Source of the DNA: an uncultured Chloroflexia bacterium
Lineage (GTDB): Bacteria > Chloroflexota > Limnocylindria > Limnocylindrales > CSP1-4
DNA: 64,000 nt
Direction of reading: 5' to 3'
Assembly: GCA_963713975.1 (NCBI GenBank)
Contig: OY970218.1
Coordinates: forward strand, 1,888,001-1,952,000
Positions 27,263-36,866 of the stretch are shown piece after piece. A program made the translations under genes and the position numbers. How positions within the stretch are numbered: position 1 is the first letter of the stretch; every line of letters starts with the position of its first letter. The notes below the pieces were generated by a model, which saw only the letters and a program-made list of their open reading frames with translations, searched no databases and was not told the origin of the DNA.

Positions 27263-28671
27263 TCAGGAGACCTCACGCTCTGCGGCCCGCGGCCGCCCTG
27301 TCGCCAGCGTCACCGCCAGCACGAGCCACAGCAGGCTCGCGCTCTGGAAGACCGAGGCTGAGTGGAGAAAGATGGACGCCGCGAGGAACGAGGCGCCTGC
27401 GGCCAGGGCCGCGCTTGCGATCGGGCTGCGGGAGCGGATGATGGCGACGCTGGCGAGCACCAGCAGGGAGCCCGACGAGAGCGGCACCAACGATCCCCTG
27501 CTCCGCGAGCACGTTCAGGTACTGGTTGTGGGAGAACGACGTGTCGGGCGCGGCACCCACGATGAAGGACGGGCTGACGAACTGGAAGACGCCGAAGCCG
27601 ACGCCGAAGATCGGGAACGCCGCGAACATGGCGAGCGCCGTATTGACCATCGCCGCCCTGGACGCCTGGCTGCGATTCCGCCTGGAAGATGTCGATCGGG
27701 AGCAGCGGCCCTCCCTGGCGGACCTCGAGGAACACGGGGTAGACGGTCACGGCGGCAACCCCGATGACGATGGCGAGGACCAATGCCGCCCGCAGGTCCC
27801 AGCGGGCTGCGAGGACCAGCAGGCCCACCGCCAGCCCGATGTAGGCGCCCCGCGAGAAGGTCAGGACGACGCAGATCAGGAGCAGCGCCACGACCGGGAC
27901 GAGGAGGAGCTTGTAGGCCCTCGGCGCGACCATGAGGACGCCGAGGGCGAACACGGCGGCCGTCGCCGCGTACAGGCCGAGGAAGTTCGGATCCGCAAAC
28001 GCGCCGCTGGCGCGTGCACTCCCCGTGTTCTCGACCAGACCCCTGGTGACGGCCTCGAACGGCAGGAAGTTGAGGATATCGCCGAGCGCGAGAAGCGCGG
28101 CCAGCGTCGATCCCACGAGCGCCAGGGCGAGGATGGGCCACGGGGACATGAAGCGGAACAGGTAGGCGGCGGACAGGAACAGGACCACGCCGGTCGTCAG
28201 CCGGAGCAGGGCATTGAGCGCGGAGGGCACCCAGGCCGCAGGATGGCCGCTCACCACCGGCAGGATGCTCACCGCGGAGAAGATGAGGTACCCGACGAGG
28301 AGGGCGACGCCGGGATGCACCCGCAGGCGCGGCCGGTCGACCGGCAGGCGGAGGATGCAACCGAAGGCGATCGCCCCGGCGAGGATGGCGTTGAACCGTA
28401 TCGGCACCAGGACCTCCGGCTCGCGCATCGGCATGATGACCGCGAACATGGCGAGCCCGGAAGCGGGCCACGCCGCCGAGATGCCGGCTCCCGCCAGCAC
28501 GACCAGGGTGGCGGCCTGGTCGAGCCCGGCGCCCAGGGCGAGGAGGTAGACCGCCGCCAGGCCGGCACCCACCGCGACCTGGAAGGGGGATCCAACATGC
28601 GACCAGGACGCGCGGACGGCCCACATCGCCGACCCGGCCCCGGACCCCGACGACGCCGCGAGAGCGCTCAT
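27263..28671 (-). pseudogene. O-antigen ligase/Wzy-like polymerase interrupted by two +1 frameshifts (probably sequencing errors)
   Basis: Frame 1 has RASGAFADPN and LTFSRGAYIG; frame 2 has PIFGVGFGVF...SHNQYLNVLAEQGIVG; frame 3 has the final TM helices. Removing one base near 27678 (gcg-g-aat) and one near 27467 (ctc-c-ctg) restores a single ORF. Confidence 0.75.
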
Positions 28672-29843
28672 GATCGGCCGACCGCCTGTCGGAAGAGGGC
28701 CTCCCACTTCGCCGAGACGGTCTCGATCGAGAACCGCTCCCGGACCTCGACGGCCCGCTCGGCCAGGCCCTCCCTCCTCGCCTCGTCACCGAGCAGGGAG
28801 TCCATTGCGTCCGCAAGCGCATCAACGTCCCCAGGCGTCACCAGGAGACCGTCGATGCCATCGCGGATGATGTCCCGCGGACCATGCTCGCAGTCGCTGG
28901 CGATCACGGCCCGGCCCAGGGCCATCGCCTCGATCAGGGCCATCGGCAGGCCCTCCTTGTAGGACGAGAGCACGAACAGCGTTGCCGCCAGCAGCTCCTG
29001 TTCCGGCGTCCGCGTGGTCCCGGGGAGCGCCACCCGGTCGGCGACCCCCTCGTCGCGGCACAGTGTCTCGAGGGCGGCACGCTCGTCTCCCTCGCCCCAG
29101 ATCACGAGCCGGGCCCTGGGCCATCGTGGCGAGATCCGGGCGAAGGCGCGGATCAGGACGTCGAATCCCTTCTCCGGCCCAAGGCGCCCCAGGCCCATGA
29201 TGACCGGCGCCCCGGAGGGAGCCCCGGGCGCCGGGCTCGATCCCACGGGGCCGGCGAGGAAGGCGCCCGGCAGCGGGTTCGGGATGACGCGTCCGCGGCG
29301 CTGCAGGGCGGGAGAGAGGTGGGCCAGCGCGCTGTTCGTCAGCATGACCACGAACGCGGCCCGACGGTACGTCAGCTCCCTGAGGATGCTCCAGGCCAGG
29401 TTGAGCTCGCCGCGCGGACCACGGTGCTCGCTGACGATGACCGGGACCCCAAGACGTGCCGCGGCGAGGAGCGTCTCGCTGTTGGCCATGAACGACATCG
29501 CGACCTGTGGATGCGAGGCCGCAATCGCCGCACGGAGCGCCCGGATCCGGCGCCAGTTGTTGCCGATCGCCGAGAACGGGGAGGCCGAGGGCCGATGCAG
29601 GTCGAGCCCGACGACGGTCACCGCCGGGTCGAGCGGGTAGGCCGGGGGCCGGTCGGAGGGGAAGTTGAGGTTGACGAGGGTGATGGCCCAGCCCAGTCCT
29701 GCCCAATGATTGGCCAGCTCGGTCATGACCCGCTCCGCTCCACCCATCTCGAGCGAGGAGATGACGAGCGTCAGACGTAGCGACGCCGGACTCGCGTGGC
29801 CGTCCGGCGAGTCGGACACCCCCTGCCCGTCCGTGCCGCCCAT
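28668..29843 (-). CDS. family 4 glycosyltransferase
   Basis: ISSLEMGGAERV, GRLGPEKGFD, SSYKEGLPMALIEAMA. Confidence 0.92.
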   Translation of the reverse strand: MGGTDGQGVSDSPDGHASPASLRLTLVISSLEMGGAERVMTELANHWAGLGWAITLVNLNFPSDRPPAYPLDPAVTVVGLDLHRPSASPFSAIGNNWRRIRALRAAIAASHPQVAMSFMANSETLLAAARLGVPVIVSEHRGPRGELNLAWSILRELTYRRAAFVVMLTNSALAHLSPALQRRGRVIPNPLPGAFLAGPVGSSPAPGAPSGAPVIMGLGRLGPEKGFDVLIRAFARISPRWPRARLVIWGEGDERAALETLCRDEGVADRVALPGTTRTPEQELLAATLFVLSSYKEGLPMALIEAMALGRAVIASDCEHGPRDIIRDGIDGLLVTPGDVDALADAMDSLLGDEARREGLAERAVEVRERFSIETVSAKWEALFRQAVGRS

Positions 29844-29845
29844 GG

Positions 29846-30796
29846 TCAGATGCCTGCCGCCGACGGCGTCGCCGCAGCGTCTTGGTACCAGGAGAGGGTC
29901 TGGCGGATTCCCTCGGCCAGCGTGACCGAGGGCCGGTAGCCGAGCCGCTCGCCGGCGAGGGCGATGTCGGCCTGCGAGTCGCGCACATCGCCCGGCCGCG
30001 GGGCCTCGAATCGCGGCGTGAGCGTGCCGCCCGTCGCCGCGCCGACAGCGGCCAGCAGGTCGAGGAGCGAGCTCCGCTCGCCCGACCCGACGTTGGCGGT
30101 GAGCCCCGAGACCCCCGGTGTCGTGGCCGCGGCGAGGTTCGCCGCCACGACGTCCTGCACGGAGGCGAAGTCCCGGGACTGGCGCCCGTCCCCATAGATC
30201 ACGGGCCGGCGGCCGTCGATGGCCGCCATGACGAACCTCGGGATCACCGCTGCGTACTCGGCCTGTGGATCCTGTCCCGGTCCATACACGTTGAAGTACC
30301 GGAGGGCGACGGTCTCGATTCCGCTCGATGCGCCGACGTTGTGGACGTAGTGCTCCATCGCCAGCTTGCTCGTGGCGTAGGGCGACTGGGGATCCGGGAG
30401 ATCCACCTCACGGCTCGGCAGCCTGGGATCGCCGCCGTACACGGCGGCCGAGCTTGCGACGACGACCCGCCTGACGCCGGCGGCAGACGCCTCGACCATG
30501 AGCCGGACCGAGCCGTCCGTGTTGACGCGATTCGTGGCGACGGGATCGGCGACCGACCTGGCGACGGAGGCGATCGCCGCGAGATGGAACACGATCTCAC
30601 GGTCCGCCAGCGCCTCGATCAGCGCGTCACCCGCGCACAGGTCGCCCTCGATGACGTTCACGGACCCAGCTGGGAGCCGCCCCGGGCGTCCGGTGCTGAA
30701 GTCGTCGAGCACGGTGACCTCGTCCCCGCGGGCGACGAGTGCAGCCACCAGGTGATGCCCGATGAAGCCGGCACCTCCGGTGACCAGCACCCTCAT
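29846..30796 (-). CDS. NAD-dependent nucleotide-sugar epimerase (paralogue of 26289-27260)
   Basis: Nearly identical N-terminus (MRVLVTGGAGFIGHHLV). SSAAVYG, PYATSK, RYFNVYGPGQDP. Confidence 0.9.
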   Translation of the reverse strand: MRVLVTGGAGFIGHHLVAALVARGDEVTVLDDFSTGRPGRLPAGSVNVIEGDLCAGDALIEALADREIVFHLAAIASVARSVADPVATNRVNTDGSVRLMVEASAAGVRRVVVASSAAVYGGDPRLPSREVDLPDPQSPYATSKLAMEHYVHNVGASSGIETVALRYFNVYGPGQDPQAEYAAVIPRFVMAAIDGRRPVIYGDGRQSRDFASVQDVVAANLAAATTPGVSGLTANVGSGERSSLLDLLAAVGAATGGTLTPRFEAPRPGDVRDSQADIALAGERLGYRPSVTLAEGIRQTLSWYQDAAATPSAAGI

Positions 30797-31515
30797 CCGC
30801 TGGACGCCTTGGAGCCGGCCGGTGGACCTGCGCGGAGATAGGCGATCGCGGCGATCACGGTGACTGCCACGACGAACGCCGCCGCCGCCGCCAGGACCGT
30901 GTTGAACGCGACCCGCGGCCCGGACGGCTCGTCCGGGAGGTCGGCTCGCTCGATGATCTCGAGGATGACCTGCTCCGGGGCCGTGCCGTCAGCGGGAGTC
31001 GTCGAGCGTTCGACCAGGATGTCGGCAAGCAGGTTCGCGATCTGCTGCGCCGTGGCCGGACGCTCGTCCGTGGCCGCGATCGTGATGAACGGCGTGCTCG
31101 CATCCGTGGTGATCCGAAGTCGCGCTTCGAGCGCCACCTGGTCGTTGGGCAGGTCCAGGATCCGGATCACGTCGGACAGGACCGGGCGGGTCCGGGCCAG
31201 GGAACCATACGCCTGGGCGATTCGCGGTGATGTGAGGACGTCACCCGTGTTGTCCAGCCCGAGACCCGCCGTCACGACGAGCTGTGACTCGGCCGTGTAG
31301 ATCTTCGTGCCCGCGCTGCTGATCAGGTACGTCGAGAGCGACACCACGGCGACAATCCCGAGCACCGCGCCGATGGCGATCAGCACGGCAGGCAGGCGCG
31401 AGGATCGCGACATCAGGGTTGCCGTCCGGCGAGCATGCGCAGGGTGCCTGTCTTCACTCGGTCGAGATTGCCGGTTCGCCGGTGTCGTCTCAAGACTCTT
31501 GTCCCCCCGGATCAC
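30793..31515 (-). CDS. Wzz/CapA-like polysaccharide chain-length determinant
   Basis: Two TM segments flanking YTAESQLVV...AQAYGSLARTRPVL...AQQIANLLA and PDEPSGPR. Start could be ATG 31413. Confidence 0.75.
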   Translation of the reverse strand: MIRGDKSLETTPANRQSRPSEDRHPAHARRTATLMSRSSRLPAVLIAIGAVLGIVAVVSLSTYLISSAGTKIYTAESQLVVTAGLGLDNTGDVLTSPRIAQAYGSLARTRPVLSDVIRILDLPNDQVALEARLRITTDASTPFITIAATDERPATAQQIANLLADILVERSTTPADGTAPEQVILEIIERADLPDEPSGPRVAFNTVLAAAAAFVVAVTVIAAIAYLRAGPPAGSKASSG

Positions 31516-32150
31516 AGCACGATCTTGCGACAGTGGAACGCCTCGGCGAGGGATGTCGCCGACTCGATGCCGCGCAACCGGGCAATCGCACGGGCCGTGT
31601 CGTCACCCCACCACGTCCGACCATGCTGTGATCGGAAGTGCTCGTGCAGCAGCTCGATCTTGCGGGCAAGCGTGCTCTCCTCGATGGCGACGTACACGTT
31701 TGGCCGGCCGAGGTCGCCATCGTACTTGGGGATCTCGTACTCCGCCACGAGATGGTGGCGGAAGGTCTGCCACACCGTCTCGGCGACGATCCGGTGATCC
31801 TGGTGGGCATCATGAACGTGCGGCGCGATGATCAGCTCCGGACTGAACGGCTTCGCGGACTCGAGCAGGTCCTTGAGGGCCGGGGCATGGGCGGGGAGCC
31901 GCCCATCGGGCAGATCGTGGACGATCACCTCGCAGTCCGCCGCATCAGAACAGAACGCCGCCGCACTGTCGCGCGCCTCCGCGGCACGCTCCGGCGTGGC
32001 CGAGGCAACGACCCACAGGACGCGGCTGCCGGGGTGCTCGGCTAGCAGCCGCAGGATCGTCGCGCCAGCGCCGATCTCGATGTCGTCGGCATGGGCGCCC
32101 ACGGCCAGGATGGCGAGCGGACCCGGTGTCGAGAACGTGAGGCGGTGCAT
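31512..32150 (-). CDS. PIG-L family deacetylase
   Basis: GAHADDIEIGAG, DAHQDHR, EYEIPKYDGDLG. Confidence 0.88.
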   Translation of the reverse strand: MHRLTFSTPGPLAILAVGAHADDIEIGAGATILRLLAEHPGSRVLWVVASATPERAAEARDSAAAFCSDAADCEVIVHDLPDGRLPAHAPALKDLLESAKPFSPELIIAPHVHDAHQDHRIVAETVWQTFRHHLVAEYEIPKYDGDLGRPNVYVAIEESTLARKIELLHEHFRSQHGRTWWGDDTARAIARLRGIESATSLAEAFHCRKIVL

Positions 32151-32153
32151 CGC

Positions 32154-32942
32154 TCAGCCATTGCCGTTGGGCTGCCAGGGGGCCCACGGCGGGCGCCCCT
32201 TGTCGTATGCCGCCTGCAGCCGCTGCACGTCCTTGAGCGTGTCCATCGGGGCCCAGTAGCCATCATAGGTGTCGCCTTGCAGCCTGCCAGCAGCGATGAG
32301 CCTCGAGAACGGCTCTTCGATCAACTCCTCACCCGGCCCGATGAAGTCGAAGATCTCCGGGCGGAAGATGAAGTAGCCACCGTTGATCCAGAGATCCGAG
32401 GTGCCGACATCGTCGATGCGGGAGACGAGGTTCTGGTCGCCCATCCGGACGATGTGGAACGAGTAGGAGGCAGGGCGGACGCACATGAACGACGCGATGG
32501 CGTCGCCTGCCATGAAGCGCGTGATCCGCTCGTCCAGCGGCGCATCCGTGAGGACGTCGCCGTAGTTCGCGAGGAACGGCTCGTCGCCGACGTGCTCGCG
32601 CACCGCTACCAACCGCTGCCCCACGTTCGCGGACAGGCCCGTGTCGATGAAGGTGATCTTCCAGTCCGAGATGTCGCGCGCGAGCAGCTCGACCTTGCCG
32701 GTCTCGCCCGAAAGCACGAAGTCGTTCGAGAGGGCCTCCTGGTACCGGAGGAAGTAGTCCTTGATGACGTCGGCCTTGTAGCCGAGGCACAGGATGAACT
32801 CGCGGTGCCCGAAGTGCGCGTAGTACCGCATCACGTGCCACAGCATGGGTCGGTATCCGATGGCGACCATCGGCTTCGGAAGCTGCTCCGAGTGGTCACG
32901 CAGCCGGAGCCCCTGGCCCCCACAGAACAACACGACCTTCAA
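32154..32942 (-). CDS. glucose-1-phosphate cytidylyltransferase-like nucleotidyltransferase
   Basis: TTG start. KVVLFCGGQGLRLR, PKPMV, FLANYGDVLTD, WINGGYF, WAPMDTLKD. Confidence 0.85.
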   Translation of the reverse strand: MKVVLFCGGQGLRLRDHSEQLPKPMVAIGYRPMLWHVMRYYAHFGHREFILCLGYKADVIKDYFLRYQEALSNDFVLSGETGKVELLARDISDWKITFIDTGLSANVGQRLVAVREHVGDEPFLANYGDVLTDAPLDERITRFMAGDAIASFMCVRPASYSFHIVRMGDQNLVSRIDDVGTSDLWINGGYFIFRPEIFDFIGPGEELIEEPFSRLIAAGRLQGDTYDGYWAPMDTLKDVQRLQAAYDKGRPPWAPWQPNGNG

Positions 32943-33168
32943 GCTTCCTGCGTCCCTTCGCGGATGAGGGCACGCCCGCCCGGCCGACCGCTGCGGCTCC
33001 GACGGGTGCCCCGATCGGGGCGGGTGCATGGTGCGACGCCGCACCGGGCAATGCACATCCTGTGGCCACTCAACGTTGGCGACCACCTGCCAGAGGTACC
33101 ATCGGGCAGAGTACCGGCGTCCATCGTGCCCGACCTGAACGGCGCCCGTACCGGGAGACGCGACACAC

Positions 33169-33936
33169 GTGCGAACTGTGATCCTGGCTGGTGGAGTGGG
33201 CAGCCGTTTGTCCGAGGAGACGACATCCAGGCCCAAGCCGATGGTCGAGATCGGCGGCAATCCGATCCTCTGGCACATCCTCAAGCACTACGCCCACTTC
33301 GGGTACGACGAGTTCATCGTCGCGCTCGGCTACCGGGGAGACATGGTCAAGCAGTACTTCGCGCAGTACGCGTCCCTGGCCGGCGAGATCACGGTCAACA
33401 CGGGCCGGGGGACCATCGACCGTGTCGGCGGACACCTCGAGGACTGGACGCTCCACCTCGTGGACACCGGTCTCGAGACCGCGACCGGAGGCCGGATGCG
33501 CAGGGTCGCACACCTCCTGGATGGAACGTTCATGATGACATTCGGGGACGGGGTCTCGGACGTGGACCTTCACCGCCTCGTCGCCTTCCACCGGTCTCAC
33601 GGGCGTCTTGCAACGATCACCGCCGTGCGCCCTCCTGCGCGCTTTGGGCACGTTGACATCAAGGGCGACGCCGTCGTGGAGTTCTCCGAGAAGCCGCAGA
33701 CCGGTGAAGGCTGGATCAACGGTGGCTTCATGGTCCTGGAGCCGGGAGTCCTGGACTACATCGACGATGACGACGTCTACTTCCAGAAGGAGCCGATGGA
33801 GCGTCTCGCTGCGGATGGCCAGCTGATGGCCTACCGCCACGAGTCGTTCTGGCAATGCATGGACACGATGCGCGACCGGGTCATGCTCGAGCGCCTCTGG
33901 AGCACGGGTCGCGCACCATGGAGGGTCTGGAACTGA
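33169..33936 (+). CDS. rfbF: glucose-1-phosphate cytidylyltransferase
   Basis: ILAGGVGSRLSEET, PKPMVEIGG, VDTGLETATGGR, TFGDGVSD, WINGGF, FWQCMDTMRD. Confidence 0.9.
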   Translation: MRTVILAGGVGSRLSEETTSRPKPMVEIGGNPILWHILKHYAHFGYDEFIVALGYRGDMVKQYFAQYASLAGEITVNTGRGTIDRVGGHLEDWTLHLVDTGLETATGGRMRRVAHLLDGTFMMTFGDGVSDVDLHRLVAFHRSHGRLATITAVRPPARFGHVDIKGDAVVEFSEKPQTGEGWINGGFMVLEPGVLDYIDDDDVYFQKEPMERLAADGQLMAYRHESFWQCMDTMRDRVMLERLWSTGRAPWRVWN

Positions 33937-34991
33937 TGCGGGTCCTGGTCACCGGCAGCGAGGGCTACATCGGGACGGTCCTGTGCGCCTACCTGCTTGA
34001 TCGCGGTCACGACGTGACGGGGCTCGACACCGGCTTCCACCGCGTTGGATGGCTGTACCACGGCGTCGACCGCTCGCCGGGCTGGCTGGCCAGGGACATC
34101 CGCCAGGTCGAGGCCGCGGACCTGGCCGGGTTCGACGCCATCGTGCACCTCGCGGAGCTGTCGAACGATCCAGTGGGGCAGCTCAACCCGGACATCACCT
34201 TCGAGATCAACCACCGCGGCAGCGTGCGCCTGGCAACGCTCGCCCGGGAAGCAGGCGTGGAACGCTTCATCTACATGTCCTCGTGCAGCGTGTACGGGGC
34301 CGCCGGGGATACGGACAGCACCGAGACCTCGGACGTGCACCCCCTGACGGCATACGCCAAGTGCAAGGTGCTGGTGGAGCGCGACCTGCCCTCCCTCGCG
34401 AACGACGACTTCTCGCCGACCTTCCTGCGCAACGCAACGGCGTTCGGCGCGTCGCCGCGGATGCGGTTCGATCTCGTCGTCAACGACCTGGCCGGCCACG
34501 CCTGGACGGAGCAGGTGATCCGGATGGACAGCGACGGTCGCCCATGGCGCCCGTTCGTCCACATCCTCGACATCAGCCAGGCGATCGACCGGGTGCTCAG
34601 AGCCCCCCGTGACGCCGTCCACTGCGAGATCTTCAATGTCGGCAGCAACCTCCAGAACCACCAGGTGAGGGAGGTCGCCGAGATGATCGCCGACACGTTC
34701 CCGGGTTGCCGGACGCAGTTCGGCGACAGCTCCGGCGACCACCGCAACTACCGCGCGAACTTCGACAAGATCCACGAGCGCCTCGGGTTCGAGACCCGGT
34801 ACGACGTCGCGAGCGGCGCTCGCCAGCTGCTCGAGGTGTTCCAGGCCGTCAGCATGACGACGGACCTGTTCGAGTCGCGCGCCCACACCCGGATCAAGCA
34901 GATCCGGCACCTGCTGGAGACCGGGCAGATCGACCAGCGGTTCTTCTGGGTCCGGGAGCCGGGCTCGCAGACCGGGAAGGCGGCCTCGTGA
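33936..34991 (+). CDS. extended SDR nucleotide-sugar oxidoreductase/epimerase
   Basis: VTGSEGYIG, HLAELSNDPVG, SSCSVYG, YAKCK, RFDLVVN. Lacks the RfbG signature motifs. Confidence 0.85.
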   Translation: MRVLVTGSEGYIGTVLCAYLLDRGHDVTGLDTGFHRVGWLYHGVDRSPGWLARDIRQVEAADLAGFDAIVHLAELSNDPVGQLNPDITFEINHRGSVRLATLAREAGVERFIYMSSCSVYGAAGDTDSTETSDVHPLTAYAKCKVLVERDLPSLANDDFSPTFLRNATAFGASPRMRFDLVVNDLAGHAWTEQVIRMDSDGRPWRPFVHILDISQAIDRVLRAPRDAVHCEIFNVGSNLQNHQVREVAEMIADTFPGCRTQFGDSSGDHRNYRANFDKIHERLGFETRYDVASGARQLLEVFQAVSMTTDLFESRAHTRIKQIRHLLETGQIDQRFFWVREPGSQTGKAAS

Positions 34992-35533
34992 ACCTGAGCC
35001 CGGCGGGCCTTGCCGGGTCGTTCCTGATCGACCTGAGCAGGATCGGCGACGAGCGGGGGTTCTTTGCGCGGACCTGGGACGACGAGTGGTCCGAGCAGCT
35101 CGGCGTGGCGACCCGCGCGGTGCAGGTCAACCTGTCCACGAATCGCAGACGGGGGACGATCAGGGGCCTGCACTGGCAGGTGCCCCCGTACGGCGAGTCC
35201 AAGCTGCTGCGATGCACCCGGGGGGCCGTGTTCGACGTCGCCGTAGACCTGCGACCCGATTCGCCCACGTACCGCCAGTGGCAGGGGCACCGTCTCGACA
35301 CGGACAACCGCACCATGGTGTTCGTGCCCGTGGGCTGTGCGCACGGCTACCAGGCGCTCGAGGACGACTCGGAGGTCTCCTACCAGGTCTCGCACCCGTA
35401 CGTGCCCGGCTCCGAGCTCGGCATCCGCTGGAACGACCCGGCCCTGCAGATCGCATGGCCGATCACGGAGGACGTGATCGTGTCCGACAAGGACATGGCC
35501 TGGCCCGATCTCACCCCGGAGACACACGTATGA
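34988..35533 (+). CDS. RmlC-like NDP-4-keto-hexose 3,5-epimerase
   Basis: DERGFFAR, GTIRGLHWQ, DVAVDLRPDSPTY, GCAHGYQAL, GIRWNDP, VSDKD. Confidence 0.9.
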   Translation: MNLSPAGLAGSFLIDLSRIGDERGFFARTWDDEWSEQLGVATRAVQVNLSTNRRRGTIRGLHWQVPPYGESKLLRCTRGAVFDVAVDLRPDSPTYRQWQGHRLDTDNRTMVFVPVGCAHGYQALEDDSEVSYQVSHPYVPGSELGIRWNDPALQIAWPITEDVIVSDKDMAWPDLTPETHV

Positions 35534-36819
35534 GCACCCTGCTTCGAGCGCTCGAGGAACGAGCTTCTGCCGGCGATCCCATCCGCGTCGGCCTGGTCGG
35601 TGCCGGTTACGCGGCTCGCGGGTTCGCGGCACGGATCATCCGCCGGTCGCCCGGCATCGAGATCGTCGCCATCGCCAACCGGACCGTGTCGCAGGCTGCC
35701 CGAGCCTACCGCGAGGCCGGCGTGGACGAACCGGGTCAGGTCGGGTCGGTGGCGGAGCTGGATGCCGCCATCCGTGGCCGCCGGCCGGTTGTCACCGACG
35801 ACCCCACCCTGCTGACCGGCGCCGGGGACATCGAGGTCATCGTGGAGGCGACAGGCGAGGTCGAGTTCGGCGCCCATGTCGCGACCCGGGCGATCGACGC
35901 CGGCAAGCACCTGGTCCTGATCAACGCGGAGCTCGACTCCTGTCTCGGCCCGATCCTCAAGACCCGGGCAGACGCTGTCGGCGTCGTCCTCACGGACATG
36001 GCAGGCGACCAGCCCGCCGTGATCATGGATCTCGTCGACGAGGTCCGGCTCCTCGGCTTCCGGCCGATCCTCGCGGGCAACATCAAGAGCCTGCTGGACC
36101 ACAAGCGCACGCCGGAGACGCAGAAGGGGTTCGCGGAGGCCCACGGGCAGCGGCCGAAGATGATCACCTCGTTCGCAGACGGCACGAAGATCGCAGCAGA
36201 GATGGGGGTCGTCGCCAATGCGACGGGCTTCGGCGTCGCCGAGCGCGGCATGCGTGGGCCACGCGCCGAGCGCGTGGAGCAGGCCCCGGAGCGGTTCGAC
36301 ATCGAGGCCCTGCTGGAGCGCCCGATCGTCGACTATCTCCTCGGCGCCGAGCCGAGCTTCGGTGTCTTCGTCCTGGGCTACGAGGAAGACGCCCTGACCC
36401 GCGACTACATGAAGTTCTACAAGATGGGCGACGGGCCGGTCTACACCTTCTATCGGCCGCTCCACCTCGGGCCGCTGGAGACCGTGCAGTCGGTCGCCCG
36501 CGCGGTCCTGCTGAACGACGCCGCGGCCGCGCCGCTCGGGGGACCGGTGACCGAGGTCGTCGCCCAGGCGAAGCGGGACCTGGCGGTCGGCGACACGCTC
36601 GATGGGATCGGCGGCTTCACCGTCTACGGCATGCTCGAGAACGTGGGCACCGCGCGCGGTGAGAGCCTGCTGCCGATGGGCCTGACGGACGGCGCTGTCG
36701 TCGTGCGCGCCGTGAGGGAGGACGCGCCACTGACCTTCGACGACGTCGAGCTGCCGCCGGACCGCCTGGCGACTACGCTCTGGCGCGACCAGGCGGCACA
36801 TTTCGGCGTTCCCCGCTGA
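35530..36819 (+). CDS. DXR-II/DRL-like NAD(P)H oxidoreductase with C-terminal SAF domain
   Basis: PIRVGLVGAG, VEATG, GKHLVLINAELD, GDQP, SFADGTKIAAEM..VANATG, FYRPLHL, AKRDL..GDTLDGIGG. Confidence 0.82.
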   Translation: MSTLLRALEERASAGDPIRVGLVGAGYAARGFAARIIRRSPGIEIVAIANRTVSQAARAYREAGVDEPGQVGSVAELDAAIRGRRPVVTDDPTLLTGAGDIEVIVEATGEVEFGAHVATRAIDAGKHLVLINAELDSCLGPILKTRADAVGVVLTDMAGDQPAVIMDLVDEVRLLGFRPILAGNIKSLLDHKRTPETQKGFAEAHGQRPKMITSFADGTKIAAEMGVVANATGFGVAERGMRGPRAERVEQAPERFDIEALLERPIVDYLLGAEPSFGVFVLGYEEDALTRDYMKFYKMGDGPVYTFYRPLHLGPLETVQSVARAVLLNDAAAAPLGGPVTEVVAQAKRDLAVGDTLDGIGGFTVYGMLENVGTARGESLLPMGLTDGAVVVRAVREDAPLTFDDVELPPDRLATTLWRDQAAHFGVPR

Positions 36820-36866
36820 CCTCGATCCTCGCATCTGCGGCCTGACCCCGCGGACACGAACGGGCC

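Noticed and set aside
35530-36819. Homoserine dehydrogenase or housekeeping DXR-II call
   Set aside because: No ACT domain, GDQP instead of GDEP, and tight coupling to nucleotide-sugar genes favour a sugar-pathway role. Not excluded without an assay.
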